Of a stretch of DNA of 64,000 nt, positions 1 to 12,985 are shown piece by piece. The notes beneath the pieces are model-generated. The model ran no database searches. It saw nothing but the letters and a program-made list of their open reading frames with translations, and was not told the origin of the DNA. This stretch comes from Eledone cirrhosa. Taxonomy: Eukaryota. How positions within the stretch are numbered: position 1 is the first letter of the stretch; each line of letters starts with the position of its first letter. Where the stretch lies: positions 13,764,001 to 13,828,000 of the forward strand of contig OZ024741.1 of NCBI GenBank assembly GCA_964016885.1. Reading direction: 5' to 3'. A program made the position numbers and the translations under genes.

Positions 1-2057
1 GGTTCCAACTCGTAAACTAGCCATGTTGGTGAAGAAAAGTTGGAGAAAAAGGACGAAAGGTGCGCTTACCTTTTCGTTTCCTGGAGATCGGGTTGTTCAA
101 TCTCCATTTGGGTGTTGGGTGGGGTGGGGAAACATTTTAACAGGACGCGGTTGATGGGTTTGTGGCAGGGGTTGACCACGTCCTGTGAAAATATATTTTT
201 TAGGTCATTATAGGTTTCCATAGAAACCCTTATAAGTTTAAGGTGTGGAGACGATTCTGCCTTGACGAAAGTTTTGCCCTCCGTCTCCACCTTGGGGTTT
301 TGGGAGATGACCTCCATCAAACTCTTGTTGTTTGTGTTGATGTATGCGTATCGTTGTTTGTGTTTTTGTTGTGTTGTTTTAGTTTGTTGTTCGTCCGGGA
401 GTTTTCTTTTTATGGTTTGATTCTTGTGATTGGGGTGGTGTTGGTGCTGGTTTTGCTGATAGGGGGATGTTTGACTGTGGTGTTGTTTGTGTTGTTGTTT
501 GTGTCTGTGGTTGTGTGTTGGTGTTGGTGATTGGAGTTTTGGGGGTTTCGTGGTGTCTCTTTTTTTGTTTTTTAGATTTCCGCGGTTCTCCCTCTTCACT
601 TAAAGAAGGAGAAGCAGCTTCATCCGTCGATGAATAATCATCGTCAGGTGTGTGGGGTAAGGGTATGTTGTGTGGTCGTGGTGTTTCGGAGTGTGCGTTT
701 GTGGTAGTGTTTGATGGAGTGGGATGGAGTGGTTCTTCAGGGGTGTTGTCTGTTTTTTCTGTTGTTGGTTGAGTGTCTGTTTGTTTTGGTGTGGTTGCTC
801 GTTTCGTCTGTCGTTGTACTTGTGGTGGTGGTGGTTGTTTTGGTGTTGGTGTGGGTAATAGTGTTTTTTAATGATGTTGTTGTTGTGTGTTTGTGGACAA
901 AGAGGCCTTTAGGTGTGCTGTGCTACCACAGCGAAAGGAATGAAATTTTCGTCCTTCTACCGAAATGTTTATTTTGTTGTTATTATCGATGACGACTCTT
1001 TCGGGTATTTTCGAGATTCTCTCCGGTTTCATTTGCAACAGAATCTCCAAATCTGTACCCGCCCACCTTTGTCGAATAGATTTTCGTATCGAAAGAATCA
1101 TATCAGTTTCTGGCTCTACGAAGCCAGCCAAGATCCACCAGATGTTAATGTTTGGGGGTATGATTTTTATTTTTATTTTTTGTGTTCTTTTTCCCATGTA
1201 TGTAGGGAAAAAGGTGTATGCTTTTGACACCATTGGTGTCACATAATGTTTTTGGGCGAGTGCCTCACTTTTAAACAGTACGGAAACACTTCCGTACTGT
1301 TTTCCTCGTTGGAGAAAATCGACATTTGCTATAATTTCCCTGAAAGTATCTTCTATATCTGCTTGGCTAACAAATGTCGGCTTTCTTGTTGAATTTGACA
1401 CAGTCCTAAAGGTGACTGATCTGCGAATTGTGTCATCCTTTATTTCAAGGGGTGAGTTAATTCTAAACCCACCTCTTTCTTCGAAAGTTACAAATTTTCT
1501 CCCTTGCTGGGGCATATCTCTTGCGTTGGAGATATCAAGATTTATAAAATCTTGTTTTTTGTTAAACTGTTTCAGCGAAAGACATTTTTTTTTTGTGTGG
1601 TGTTGCTGTTGTTGTTGTTGTTATCGCTGTTAGCCTCGGTGTTGGAAATCTCCTTGTGGTGAAACATTATGTGTAAATGTATCTGTGGAGTTATTGATGT
1701 CTTTTTCATGTGTATGTATGTTAATGTGTTTAATTCCTGTGTTTTCCTGTGTGTTATTGTTATTTTTCTCCACTTCGACGGTAGAAATTTTAAAATCTTC
1801 AAGTGGTAATATTTTTTCCTCTTTGTTGACAGTCGTATCTATGGCAACATCCATAGTAGCAGAAGCAGATATAACGTTAATATCTGCCTCTTTCTCTCTC
1901 TTTTCTCTATTGACGTTCTCCAGGGCGAAAAATGGGATTACCACCCAGCTGACAATTCAGCTTGGGGGTTAATCTACAAAATGTTATGTTTTTTCAAACA
2001 ATTATTTTGTATAGAAAGTAACAAAAAATCTTACCGGCGATGTTCCACGCGTCAGAC

Positions 2058-2060
<3 letters not shown>
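1..2060 (-). mobile_element. Tx1/L1-clade LINE copy A: 5' UTR, broken ORF1 and first codons of ORF2; continues off the left edge
   Basis: ORF fragments 1630-1944, 868-1515 and 66-599 are homologous to ORF1 of the other copies (TYMGKRTQKI, INISVEGR). ORF2 begins MASLRVG at ATG 24. The 5' end abuts (GATA)n at ~2063. Confidence 0.9.
66..1944 (-). pseudogene. ORF1 (gag-like RNA-binding protein) of copy A, frameshifted
   Basis: Three collinear fragments with a degenerate zinc knuckle (SFRCGSTAHLKAS); ends ...QETKR* at 66. Start codon uncertain. Confidence 0.75.

Positions 2061-2061
<1 letters not shown>

Positions 2062-2117
<56 letters not shown>
2062..2117. repeat. (GATA)n microsatellite between copies A and B
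   Basis: Pure GATA run read directly. Confidence 0.98.
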
Positions 2118-2119
<2 letters not shown>

Positions 2120-2374
2120 CTTTCTTTTTATTTGCCACCAGGGCATCAAAAAGTGGGACAAGTACAATGGGGGGAGTTTACATAAAAAGGCGTCCTCAAT
2201 AATGAGGCAATAACAAGATATAAAAATAAAATAAAATATAACAAAAATAAATTTAATAAAATCCTCAATAGGGAGGAGGCGCCTTAGGGGGTCGCACACA
2301 CCCCCGAAAAAAGTGTGCAACCCTTCTCAGGAGCACAGAGAGGGGGTGCTCCATTGATCTTTCATCTTCCTCAC

Positions 2375-5300
2375 CTATAGTCTGATGTAGAATGAAGGCC
2401 CATTCACACGGGCCATTCTCGCCACTTTCACCCATCTTTCATAAAAACGGCTGGGGTGCAGCACCTCTCTCTCCATCCTGATCCTTCTTCCGAAATGATA
2501 TCGGAAGAAACGGACCAGTTGTTGGCCAGAGAGAAAGGTGTCTGACCTCAGTCCTTTCAGACGCGTCCACCATACAAACTCTTTCGCCATGGCTATTACG
2601 CACAGAAACACCGCCTCTCCTTCGTTTTTGAAGAGGGGAGGCGGCTTGATCGTTACAATAGACTCGGTGGTCAACCGGATCGGCCCTACCCTTGACAGCA
2701 GTTGTTCGACATAGCCCCACAGATCGGCAATGCCCGAGCAGTGTACCAATGCGTGTGTAACGGTTTCCTCGTCGCACACGCATCTGGGGCAGATCTTTTT
2801 CGAGGGGTCCCTACCCGGGCTCCCGTGTCTGTAGAGCATTTCTCGAACAGGCAGAGCCCCTCGGTAGCACTGCCAGGCCAGGGACCTCTGGAAGTTATCC
2901 ATGGGTCCCGGGCTGAATGTCCTACCGAACAGGTTGGCCAGTTCGTCTTCCTCCATGCCTAGGTCTTCTGCGAGGGCGTCGTCGCACCTGCTAACCACCA
3001 GCCCTCTATAGAATGACGAGGTGGATTCTCCACTGACAGCCGGGTCCGCCTGCCAGAGAGCCGTGATGGCCTGGGCACACTCGGTGTGCCAGGCGCCCAG
3101 TTTTTTCGATCTTTGCTTGACCCAGGATTGCAGCTCAGTGAGCGAGACGAGTCTGGGAAAGGCTCGCCTCACAAACGGGGCCCACACCGGTTGACCGGTG
3201 AGGAATACGTGGAGGTGCCGTAGCCTTAATGCGTGTTTACGTATCATTAGCCACGGCATCCCCAGCCCTCATTTCGAAGGGTGTTGACAGCAGATGGATC
3301 TCCTCACCATAGGAGCCCGCTTCTTCCAGAGGAATTGGAAGAGTGCGCGCTCCATTTTGGCGAGCGTTTCTCTTGGGCAAGGCACAACGGTCAGGCGGTA
3401 GTAGATGACGGACGCTATATAAGTGTTCGCCACCTCCGCCCGACCTTTCAGGGACAGTTTACACTCGACCCACTACTGGGTCAGTGCAAACACCCTGTTC
3501 GTTACCTCACCCCTGTTCTTCTCCACCTGGAGGTCTGGTCCGAACCAGACCCCGAGCAACTTCACCGGGCCCTCCGTCCAGCGCCCGACGATGCCATCGG
3601 AGGGCATCGATCTGCCCCTGCACGTACCGAGTTTTAGACCGATAGACTTGTCCCGGTTCAGCTTAGCCCCTGTAAACCTTTCGTACTCCTCCAGTAAGGT
3701 GCCGATCGCCCCGATTTCCGAGGCCGTCGACACCATTACTGTTACGTCATCGGCGTAGGCCGACACCGCTTTCCGCAATCCCGGTTCCAACGGGATGCCC
3801 TGCAACAACTCCAACTTCCGCAGCAGTGGCTCTAGAGTCATTACATTCAGAAGGGAGGGCACCCTTGTCGGATGGACCGCGCGATTTCGAACGGCTCCGA
3901 GAGGTAGCCGTTCACCTTGACCCTAGAGCAGATGCGGCTGCTGTGCATGGCATTGATCCAGCCCCTGAAAAAGGGTCCGAAGCCTGCCGCCGCTAGCACC
4001 GCATCCAGGTAACCATGGTCGACCCTATCGAACGCCTTAGATTGACCCAAGTTGATCAGGGCCCCACCAAAGCCGGGTTCGTTCCCAACCCTCTCTATGA
4101 TGTATCGCATGAGGTGGAGGTTGTCGTGGATGGACCTGGACGGGATAGCACATGTCTGCGCATCTCCCACCAGGTTTTCCACGACAAGCGCCAACCTCTT
4201 TGTTAGCACCTTGGCCAATATCTGTAACTCTGTATTTATATCGTCCCCCTTGTTCTCGTCCTTCCTCGCTAGCGTGACTACGCCCTTGGTCACAGCACAG
4301 GGAATTCTTCCGTTCTGTTGCCAGTTGCAGTAGACTGCCTCGATGAGATCGGGGAACAAGTTCGGCATAGCTAGATATAGTTCGTATGGAAGACCATCGA
4401 GACCCGGGGATTTGCATTTGCCGCATTGGCTAAGCACGTCCTCTATCTAAGCGGCTGAAATCGGCTCCTCGCAGGACTTGGCCTCCCTGTCCGAGAGACG
4501 CGGCAGGCTGTCGAGGTATGGACCGAAGTCCACTTCCCCAACCGGCTCCCCGCCCCTTCCGAACAATCTGGCAAAGTGCTTTCGAAAAGCCTCGCACATC
4601 TGCTTAGGTTCAAGGATCACCCGTCCATCCTGGTCTCGCAAAGACCGGATAGTGTATCTACTCTCTCTTTTGGCTCCTGTCACGCGGGCCCAGCTAACAG
4701 CTTTGGTCCCCTCGTTTCCCAGAGCACGTATTTTGCTTCGGACGATGCAGCCTTTGTGTTTCGCGTCGAAAAACTGGCTCAAAGCCGTTCTCGACGCTAG
4801 CACTCTGGCCACGTCGCCGCTTCTAATTGCCTCTTCTACACTATCTACCAACTCCTTTTCCTTTCTATTTCTATTTGAGGCTAACTCCTTACTAAATTCT
4901 ATAGAGATTACTCTAATCTCTCTTTTGAGAGATCCCCACCACCTGCTGTTGACGAGGGCGCTCGTCAACCGCTCCTTAACTAAAGTGCTAATCCGGTCCC
5001 TGTAAGCCTTACTTGCCTGTAAGGACAAGTTGAGCTTCCAGTAACCGGGGCCCTGTCTATGCGTTCTGTAAAGGTTGACCATGCAGGTCACTAACTTGTG
5101 GTCTGAATAGCCAACCATGCGCATTTTTGGACAACTTAAAAAGTCCTTATTCTTATTTCTAACTAAGAACCTATCTAGGTACGACCTAGCGATCCGCTGC
5201 GGTTTGCCCAAGTCCAGGTTGGCGCAGTTGGAAAATCTAGTCGATATCTATCGGCCAGGTCAAATCGACCGATTAACCCTTTGAGGCTATTACACCCCTC

Positions 5301-5776
5301 TCTATCGGGACAGGCCCCTACGTAGTCCCAACGTGCATCTAGGATACCATTCCAGTCCCCCACTAATAGCAAGGAGCGGGATGTCCCTAGAAAAGTCTCC
5401 AGACGATGGAAGAAGTCCGGCCGCATTGACCCGAAAGGGCCGTAGACGGCTACCAACCTAAACGCTCCGCCTTCACCACTGCCAAGGTCCAGAACCACTA
5501 GTCGACCCTCCGGGTCCAAATGTACCGTCTGTGTTGCGAGACCCAGATGTTTTTGCAGCAGAACGACAACCCCACCCCCACCTCCGGGCTGACAGAGAGA
5601 TACGTGCATCTCAAAGTCATCAAAGGTGGGGGCCAGCTGTCGCACGTTGCTGATCCGGCCTCGCAAATAACCATCACATCTATACGTTGTGACCTGAGAT
5701 CATTTAGAAGCATTTCTTGCTTCCAAGTTGAGCCCAGGCCACGCGCATTTAGACAGCCTACTCTTAGCATAGCCAT
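2375..5776 (-). pseudogene. ORF2 (APE endonuclease-reverse transcriptase) of copy B, several frameshifts/stops
   Basis: Collinear fragments 5498-5800, 5175-5666, 4447-5211, 3847-4437, 3473-3862, 2375-3259. Confidence 0.92.
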
Positions 5777-5800
5777 GTTGGTGGTGAAGAGAAAAGGCAC

Positions 5801-7490
5801 TTACCTTTCTGCGTCCCGGGTATCGAGCTGCACAATTTCCATGAGGGTGGGGGATGGGTTGTTGGGTGGGGTGGTGGTTTGTGGAAGTGTAGGGGCATCA
5901 GTGTGTTGTGTGGGAGGGGGTGGGGAAGTGTTTTAGGAGGATGTGGTTAACGGGCCCGACGCAGGGGGAGGGGGGCACGTCCTCTTTAAAGTTGTTTTTT
6001 AGTGTTTTATATGTGTCCTCTGGGGCCTTAATCATTTTGAGGTGGGGGAAATCACCTGCCTGGGTGAAGTTAGGCCCTTGGGTTTTCACTAAATTGTTGT
6101 TGTACACAATGTTTAGCAGTTTTTTATTTCTTGTGATTATGTATGAGTATGCATGTTTTTGTTTTTGTGTGGTGTTTTTTGTTTGCTGTTGGTGTCTGTG
6201 CTATGTTTTGGGGAGGGGTTGTTTTCATTTGTGTGTCTGAGGTATGTTTTCTTTTTTTTTCTTTTGATTGTGTGAAAGTGCTCCTCCTTGTCTGACGACG
6301 AACGAGGGTCATCTTCCGCGTTGGAGGGGAGGGGTAGATTTTCGGGTTGTGTTTACGGTGCGGGTGTTTTGGAAATTGTTTTTTTTTTTGAGTGGGAGGG
6401 ATGGGTTGGACATTGTTTTGTTTTGGTTTGAGCTGTGGTTGTTGTTTTTGTTGTGGTGATTGTGCAGTTGTTGGTGGTGTAGGTAGGATTGGGGTTTTCT
6501 TATTAAGTTGAGGACAGACAGCCCTCAGATGACCTCTGGCTCCACAGAGGTAACACGAGGGCCGCCTACCTTCAACGGTAATGTTGATAAAAGTTTGATC
6601 ATCCAATATGACGCGTTCAGGGATCTGGGCGATCGTTTCGGGCCTCATTTGAACTACAAGTTCGAGGCTCATTCCACTGAACGCGTCACCCATGCCTTTC
6701 CCATTGATATTAGTGTGTCATCGTCTAGGTTCAGGAAACCTGTCAATATCCACCATATGTCCATAATCGGAAGGATGGTGTGAATTTTTATTTTTTGTGT
6801 CCTTCTACCCATGTACGTAAGGTAGAAGGTGTATGCGGTGGATGTGATTGGTTTTATTGACAGTTTCGCTGCCGTGTCCCTGTCCTTCATGAGAATGGAT
6901 AGACTCCCGTAGAGTCTATCCTTCTGAATGAATATGATGTCTTTCATGACATCTTTTAAAACCAGCTCTATCTCACTCTGTGATGGTTGAGCTGGTTTTT
7001 TGATTTTGTTTGAGACTGTCCTAAACATGACAGTGTTTAGGAGTCTCTGGCTTTTTAGTTTCGGGGGTGGGGGGTTTATCGAAAATGATCCATTTTCCTC
7101 CTACACTATGTATTTTTTGGCATCTGCCAGTAGCTCCTTCGCTTTGCTTATATCTACTGGCAGATAGTCGAGGGTTTTCCTTGCCGTCTGGGCGAAGGAG
7201 ACCTTTTCCTTGTTTGTGTTGCTGAGGTAGTTGGTGGTGTTGTTGTTGTTGTTATTGTTATTGTTGTTGGTGTTGTTTTCGTTCGTAGCATTGTTGTTGT
7301 TGTTGCTGGTGCCGCTGGTTGTTTGGTTTGTTGCCATGGCAACGTCAAGTTGTCGGTCAGCAGGTGGAGAAAATCCTTCCTCTGTCTGACCTTTGTCTTT
7401 GACATCTGCTACTATGACAGTGGCAGGGGGAAGCTGTAAGCATATCTTCGCCTTTCCTCCTTCGAATTTTGGTGAAGAAGCTTCAGCCAT
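5801..7490 (-). pseudogene. ORF1 of copy B with CX2CX4HX4C zinc knuckle, disrupted
   Basis: Fragments 7101-7490 (MAEASS...), 6669-7028, 6124-6693, 5898-6107; stop TAA at 5801-5803. Confidence 0.88.
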
Positions 7491-7697
7491 TTAAAAAAAG
7501 TTAGCTTTTCAAAAAAAAACTTTTTGTTAACTATTTCGCCTAAAGGCGTAGAATATTTTGAGAGACTGACCAAATCAAAATTTGACCTGGCAGTCCCTCT
7601 ACAAAATGGTACAAAAATGAAAGTTTACAGTCAAGAATTTCTATAGAAATTTAAGCAGAACTTACTCAGCAAGTTTCACGCGTGTGTCCATCCCAGA

Positions 7698-7702
7698 GAT
7701 AA

Positions 7703-7733
<31 letters not shown>

Positions 7734-7744
7734 CATAGATATAT
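7698..7744. repeat. (GATA)n tract between copies B and C
   Basis: Read directly. Confidence 0.97.
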
Positions 7745-7960
7745 TTCTTTATTTACCATAAAGGCATAAAAAGAAGGAACAAATACAAAGGGGGAGTTTA
7801 CATAAAACCGAGTAAAAAGGGTATAAAATGAAAATAATCGAGAACAACCTCAAAAGGGAGGGGACGTGATGGGAGTTGCACCCCCCCCCCCGAAAAAGTG
7901 TGCAATCCTTTGCCCGGAGAGCATATGGAGAAGGTGCTCCCCTCTCCTTCACTTCTCTAC

Positions 7961-10900
7961 CTACAGGATGGTATACAGAGAAAGCCCATTTACACGAGCC
8001 ATTCTCGCCACTATCACCCACCTTTCATAAAACTGCCTGTGGCCAAGCACCCCTCTCTCCATTCTTATCCTTCTTCCGAAGTGATATCGGAAGAAGTAGA
8101 CCAGACTATGGCCAGAGAGGAAGTTGCCTGATCTCAGACCTTTCAATCGTGTCCACCAAACAATCTCTTTCAACATGGCTATTACGCACAGAAAAACCGC
8201 CTTTGCTTCCTTTATGAAGAGGGGAGGCGGCTTGATTGTCACCACGGACTCGGCGGTCAATCGAATCGGCGCCACCTGCGACAGCAGTCATTCGGCGTAG
8301 CCCCACAGATCAGCCACGCCCGGACATTGCACCAATGCGTGCGCAACGGTTTCTTCGTGACGCACGCATCTAGGGCAAATCTTTTTCGAGGGATCCCTGC
8401 CCGGGCGCCCGTGTCTCTAGAGCCTCTCTCGAACGGGTAGAGCCCCCAGGTAGCACTGCCAGGCTAGTGACTTCTGGAAGTTGTCCATTGGTCCCAGGCC
8501 GAAAGTCCTACCGAACAGGCTGGCCAGTTCGTCCTCTTCCATGTCCAGCGACTCTGCAAGGGTGTCATCGCCCCTGCTAGCGACCAGCCCTCTATAAAAT
8601 GATGAGGTGGATTCTCCACCGATGGCCGGGCCCGCTTGCCAGAGAGCCCTGAGCGCCTGGGCACACTCAGTGTGCCAGTCTCCCAGCTTTCCGGATCTTT
8701 GCTTGACCGAGAACTGCAGCTCGGTGAGCGAGACGAGTCTCGGAAAGGCTCGTTTCACGAACGGAGCCCACACCGGTTGACCAGTGAGGAATACCTGTAG
8801 GTGCCGTAGCCTTAATGCGTGCCTACGCATCATCAACCACGGCATCCCCAGCCCTCCTTTCGAAGGTTGTTGGCAGCAGATGGATCTTCTCACCATAGGA
8901 GGGCGCTTCTTCCAAAGAAATTGGAAGAGCATGCGTTCCATGGTAGTGAGTGTTTCCTTAGGGCAAGGCACGACAGTCAGGCGGTAGTAAGTGACGAACG
9001 CTATGTAAATGTTCGCCACCTCCGCCCGACCTTTTAGGGACAGCTTACACTTGGCCCATTTCTGGGTTAGTGCAAACACCTTGTTCGTAACCTCGTCCCA
9101 GTTCTTTTCCACCTGGAGGTCCGGTCCAAACCAGACCCCAAGCAACTTCACCGGGCCCTCCGTCCAGTGTCCGACGACACCGTCGGGAGGCATTGGTCTG
9201 CCTCTCCACGTTCCGAGTTGCAGCCCGATAGATTTTTCCCGGTTCAGTTTCGCTCCTGACAACCTTTCGTAATCCTCCAGTAAGGTACCGATCGCCTCGA
9301 TTTCTGAGTCGATCGATACCATTACTGTTACGTCATCGGCGTAGGCCGACACCGCTTTGCTCAATCCTGATTCCAGGGGGATACCCTGCAACAACTCCAA
9401 CTTCCTCAGTAAAGGCTCGAGAGTCAATACGTACAGAAGGGAGGAGAGAGGGCACCCCTGTCGAATGGATCGTGTGATTTCGAACGGCTTCGAAAGGTAG
9501 CCGTTTACCTTGATCCTAGAACAGATGTGGTTGCTATGTAAGGCAGTGATCCAGCCTCTGAAAACAGGACCAAACCCAGCCGCCGCTAGCACCGCATCCA
9601 GGTAACCATGGTCGACCCTATCGAACGCCTTAGACTGATCCAAGTTTACCAGGGCCCCACCAAAGCCGGGTTTGTTGCCAACCCTCTCTATGATGTATCG
9701 CATGAGGTGGAGGTTATCGTGAATGGACCTGGATGGGATAGCACATGTCTGCGCATCTCCCACCAGGCCACCCACGACAAGCGCCAACCTCTTTGCTAAC
9801 ACCTTGGCCAAAATCTTTAACTCTGTGTTTAGCAGGGTTATGGGCCGAAAATTATTTATACTATCCCCCTTGTTCTCGTCCTTCCTCACCAGCGAGACTA
9901 CGCCCTTGGCTACAGAACAAGGAATTCTCCCGTTCTGCTGCCAATTGCAGTAGACCGCTTCGAGGAGTTCGGAGAAGAAGACCGGCATTGCTAAATAAAG
10001 TTCGTAAGGTATACCATCGAGACCTGGAGATTTGCGTCTGCTGCATTGGCTCAGCGCATCCCCGATCTCATCAGCCGAGATTGGTCCCTCGCAGGACTCT
10101 GCTTCTTCGCTCGAGAGACGCGGCAGGCCCTCGAGGTATGGACCGAAATCCACGTCCCCGCCCGGACCCTCCCCTCCCCCGAATAATCGGGCAAAGTGCC
10201 TTTGAAAGGCCTCGCACATCTGCTTAGGCTCCCGGATTACCCGTCCATCCTCGTCTTGCAAAGACCGGATGGTGGATCGATTTCCACTCTTAGCTTCTGT
10301 CACGCGGGCCCAGCGAACGGCTTTGGCCCCCTCATTACCTAGAGCACGTATTTTACTTCGAATGACGCAGCCTTCGTGCTTTGCATAAAAAAACTGGCTC
10401 AAGGCCGTCCTCGATGTCAGCACTCTGGCCACATCTTCGCTCTTGATTGCCTCTTCTAATTTACCTGTTAATTCTTTCTCGTTTCTATTCCTATCGGCAG
10501 CTAACATCTTGCTATAACTTATTGATTCTGTTCTAATCTCTCTTTTGAGAGATGCCCACCATCGGTTGTTGACGATTGCACCCGTTAACCTCTCCTTAAC
10601 TAATCTGCTAATCCGGTTTCTGTAAGTCTCTTTTGCCGGTAACGACAAATTAAGTTTCCAGTAACCGGGACCCTGTTTATGTGTTTTCTCAAGATTGACT
10701 ACGCAGGTCACTAATTTGTGATCCGTATAGCCAACCGTGAGCATTTCTGGACAGCTTAATATGTCCCTATCCTTACTTCTAACTAAGAATCTATCTAAGT
10801 ACGATCTAGATTGACCACTGTGGTTCGTCCAAGTCCAGGTTGGCACAGTTGGAAAATCTAGTCGATATCTATCGACCAAGTTAAAACGGTCGAGTAACCC

Positions 10901-11397
10901 CTTGAGGCTGTTACACCTCCTCTATTAGTACATGCTCCTGCATAGTCCCAACGTGCATCTAGGATGTCATTCCAATCCCCCGCTAGAAGCAGGGAACGCG
11001 ACGTTCCCAGAAAAGTCTCCAGACGCTGGAAGAAGTCGCGTCGTTCAGCTCCGAAAGGGGAGTAGACGGCGACCAGTCTCAAGGCCGCACCTTCACTACT
11101 GTCAACGTCTAGCACCAACAAACGACCCTCCGGGTCCGAGTGAACAACCTGTACGGCGAGACCCAGGTGTTTTTCCAGCAGTACGACAACCCCACCCCCA
11201 CCTCCAGGTTTACAGAGAGATGCATGCACCTCAAAGTCATCGAAGGTAGGGGCCAGCTGCCGCACGACGCTGATCCGAGTCTCACAGATAACCATTACAT
11301 TTATACCACGTGACCTGAGGTCATTTAGAAGCTTTGCTTGCTTCCAAGTTGAGCCCAGGTCACGTGCATTCAAACATCCTACTCTTAACACATCCAT
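7961..11397 (-). pseudogene. ORF2 (EN-RT-zinc finger) of copy C, few lesions
   Basis: Fragments 10858-11397, 8417-10879, 7961-8275. Confidence 0.93.
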
Positions 11398-11430
11398 GTG
11401 GGCGGCAAAGCCAAAGGAGAGTGTAGAGAC

Positions 11431-12985
11431 CTACCTTTCTGCTTGCCAGGGTTCGGGTCGCACGACTTCCATGCGGTCGGGGGTGTTGGGTGAAGGGGTG
11501 TCTTGTGGTGGTGTGGGGTCGTCAGTGTGTGGTGGGGTTGGGGTGTTTGGAGTTGTGTTGGGGAGAGGAAGGGGAGGGGGAAAGCTTTTGAGGAGGACGC
11601 GGTTTATGGGTTTGACAGGGTGGTCCTACGTCCTCCTTAAAATCCTTTTTTAGTTTTTGGTAGAGGTTCATTGGGATCTTTATTAATTTTAAATGTGGGT
11701 AATTTTCTGAAGAAACAAAGTTTACCCCTTCGGTTTGTACCGAAGGGTTATTGTTTATGAGTTCATTTAATTTATTATTGTTTCTGTTGATGTAAGTATA
11801 GTGTAATGTCTTTTTTTCGGATGGCGTGAGTGTTTCGAAGAGGGGAGGGGCATGTTTGGTTTTGTTTGTTGCTGGAGGGGTGTTTTGTGTTTTGTTGGAT
11901 TGTGTTGACATTTGGGTAGGGGTTGTTTGGCCTTGTGTGTTTTGCACATGTTTTCTTTTTTTCCTTTTAATCTGTCTGAAGGACTCCGTTTCTTCCTCCG
12001 AATTCGTTTGGTTATCTTCAGTGTTGGAGGGAAGAGGTATGTTTGCTGGTAATGTTTCCGTGTTGGTTTTCTTTGTGGGGGAGATGGATGTCACTATGTT
12101 AGACTGTGCTGTGTGTTGTGGCTGCGGTGGTTGTGTTGTTTTATTGAGTGAGGGGTTGGGTGGGACTGTGTTTTGTTTTTGGGTAATGTGTTGTATTTGT
12201 TTGTGTTGTGGTGGTGGTGTAGTTTTACTGAGGGACGGGTTGGGTGGGACTGGTGGGACTGAGTTTTGTTGTTTGTTTATCTGTTGTGGTGGTGTTGGTA
12301 GCAGGGTTTTCTTCTTGTTGAGTTGGGGACAAGCCGCCTTCAGGTGCCCTCTGCCTGCACAGATATGACAGGACGGCCTTCTCCCCTCCACGCTAATGTT
12401 TATATACCCGTGGCCCTCTAATAGGATTCTGTCGGGTATTTGGGCAATGCGTTCAGGCTTCATTTGCACTACAAGTTCTATACCTGTTCCACTGAACGCA
12501 TTGCCTGTGGTTTTCCCAGTGGAAATCACGTTGTCATTCGCTGGATCAATGAAGCCAGCTATGAGCCAGCAGTAGTCCAGATCTGGCATCATCGCATCCA
12601 GCCATATGCGCTGAGTTCTTTTACCCATATAAGATGGACAAAAGGTAAAATTTGTCGAACGAATCGGCGATAAAGCATATTTTTTTGCCGCCGATTCGTT
12701 CTTCATAATAATCGCTAGGCTTCCATACAGTCTATCTCTTCTTATGAAAGTGGTTTCATTAAGTACTTCTGTAAGTACTGCTTTGATTTCTGTTTGTGTT
12801 GGTTGTTGAGGTTTTTTAGATATGTTGTTGATGGTGCGGAAAACGACCGTCCGACTTTCAATGTCTTTGGTGAGTTCTTGAGGCATTTTTACCGATAAAA
12901 TACCATTTTCCTCTTGAGTTATGTATTGTTTGGCGTTTTTAATTCTTTGTGCTACATCTGAAATATTTTCAGGTATATATGTCAA
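11431..12985 (-). pseudogene. ORF1 of copy C, frameshift near the C-terminus
   Basis: 487-aa ORF 11522-12985; the homologous ending MEVVRPEPWQAER* (TAG 11431-11433) is in another frame. N-terminus probably extends further right. Confidence 0.85.

Larger units (their letters stand above)
2119..7697 (-). mobile_element. Tx1/L1-clade LINE copy B, full length (~5.6 kb), disrupted ORFs
   Basis: 5' UTR, ORF1 (CYLCGARGHLRAVC), ORF2 with APE motifs (LNARGL, GDWN, YLDRFLV, SDH), RT (QGCP, YADD), CPRC..ETVTHALVHC, and a 3' UTR ending AATAAA followed by (TATC)n. Confidence 0.95.
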
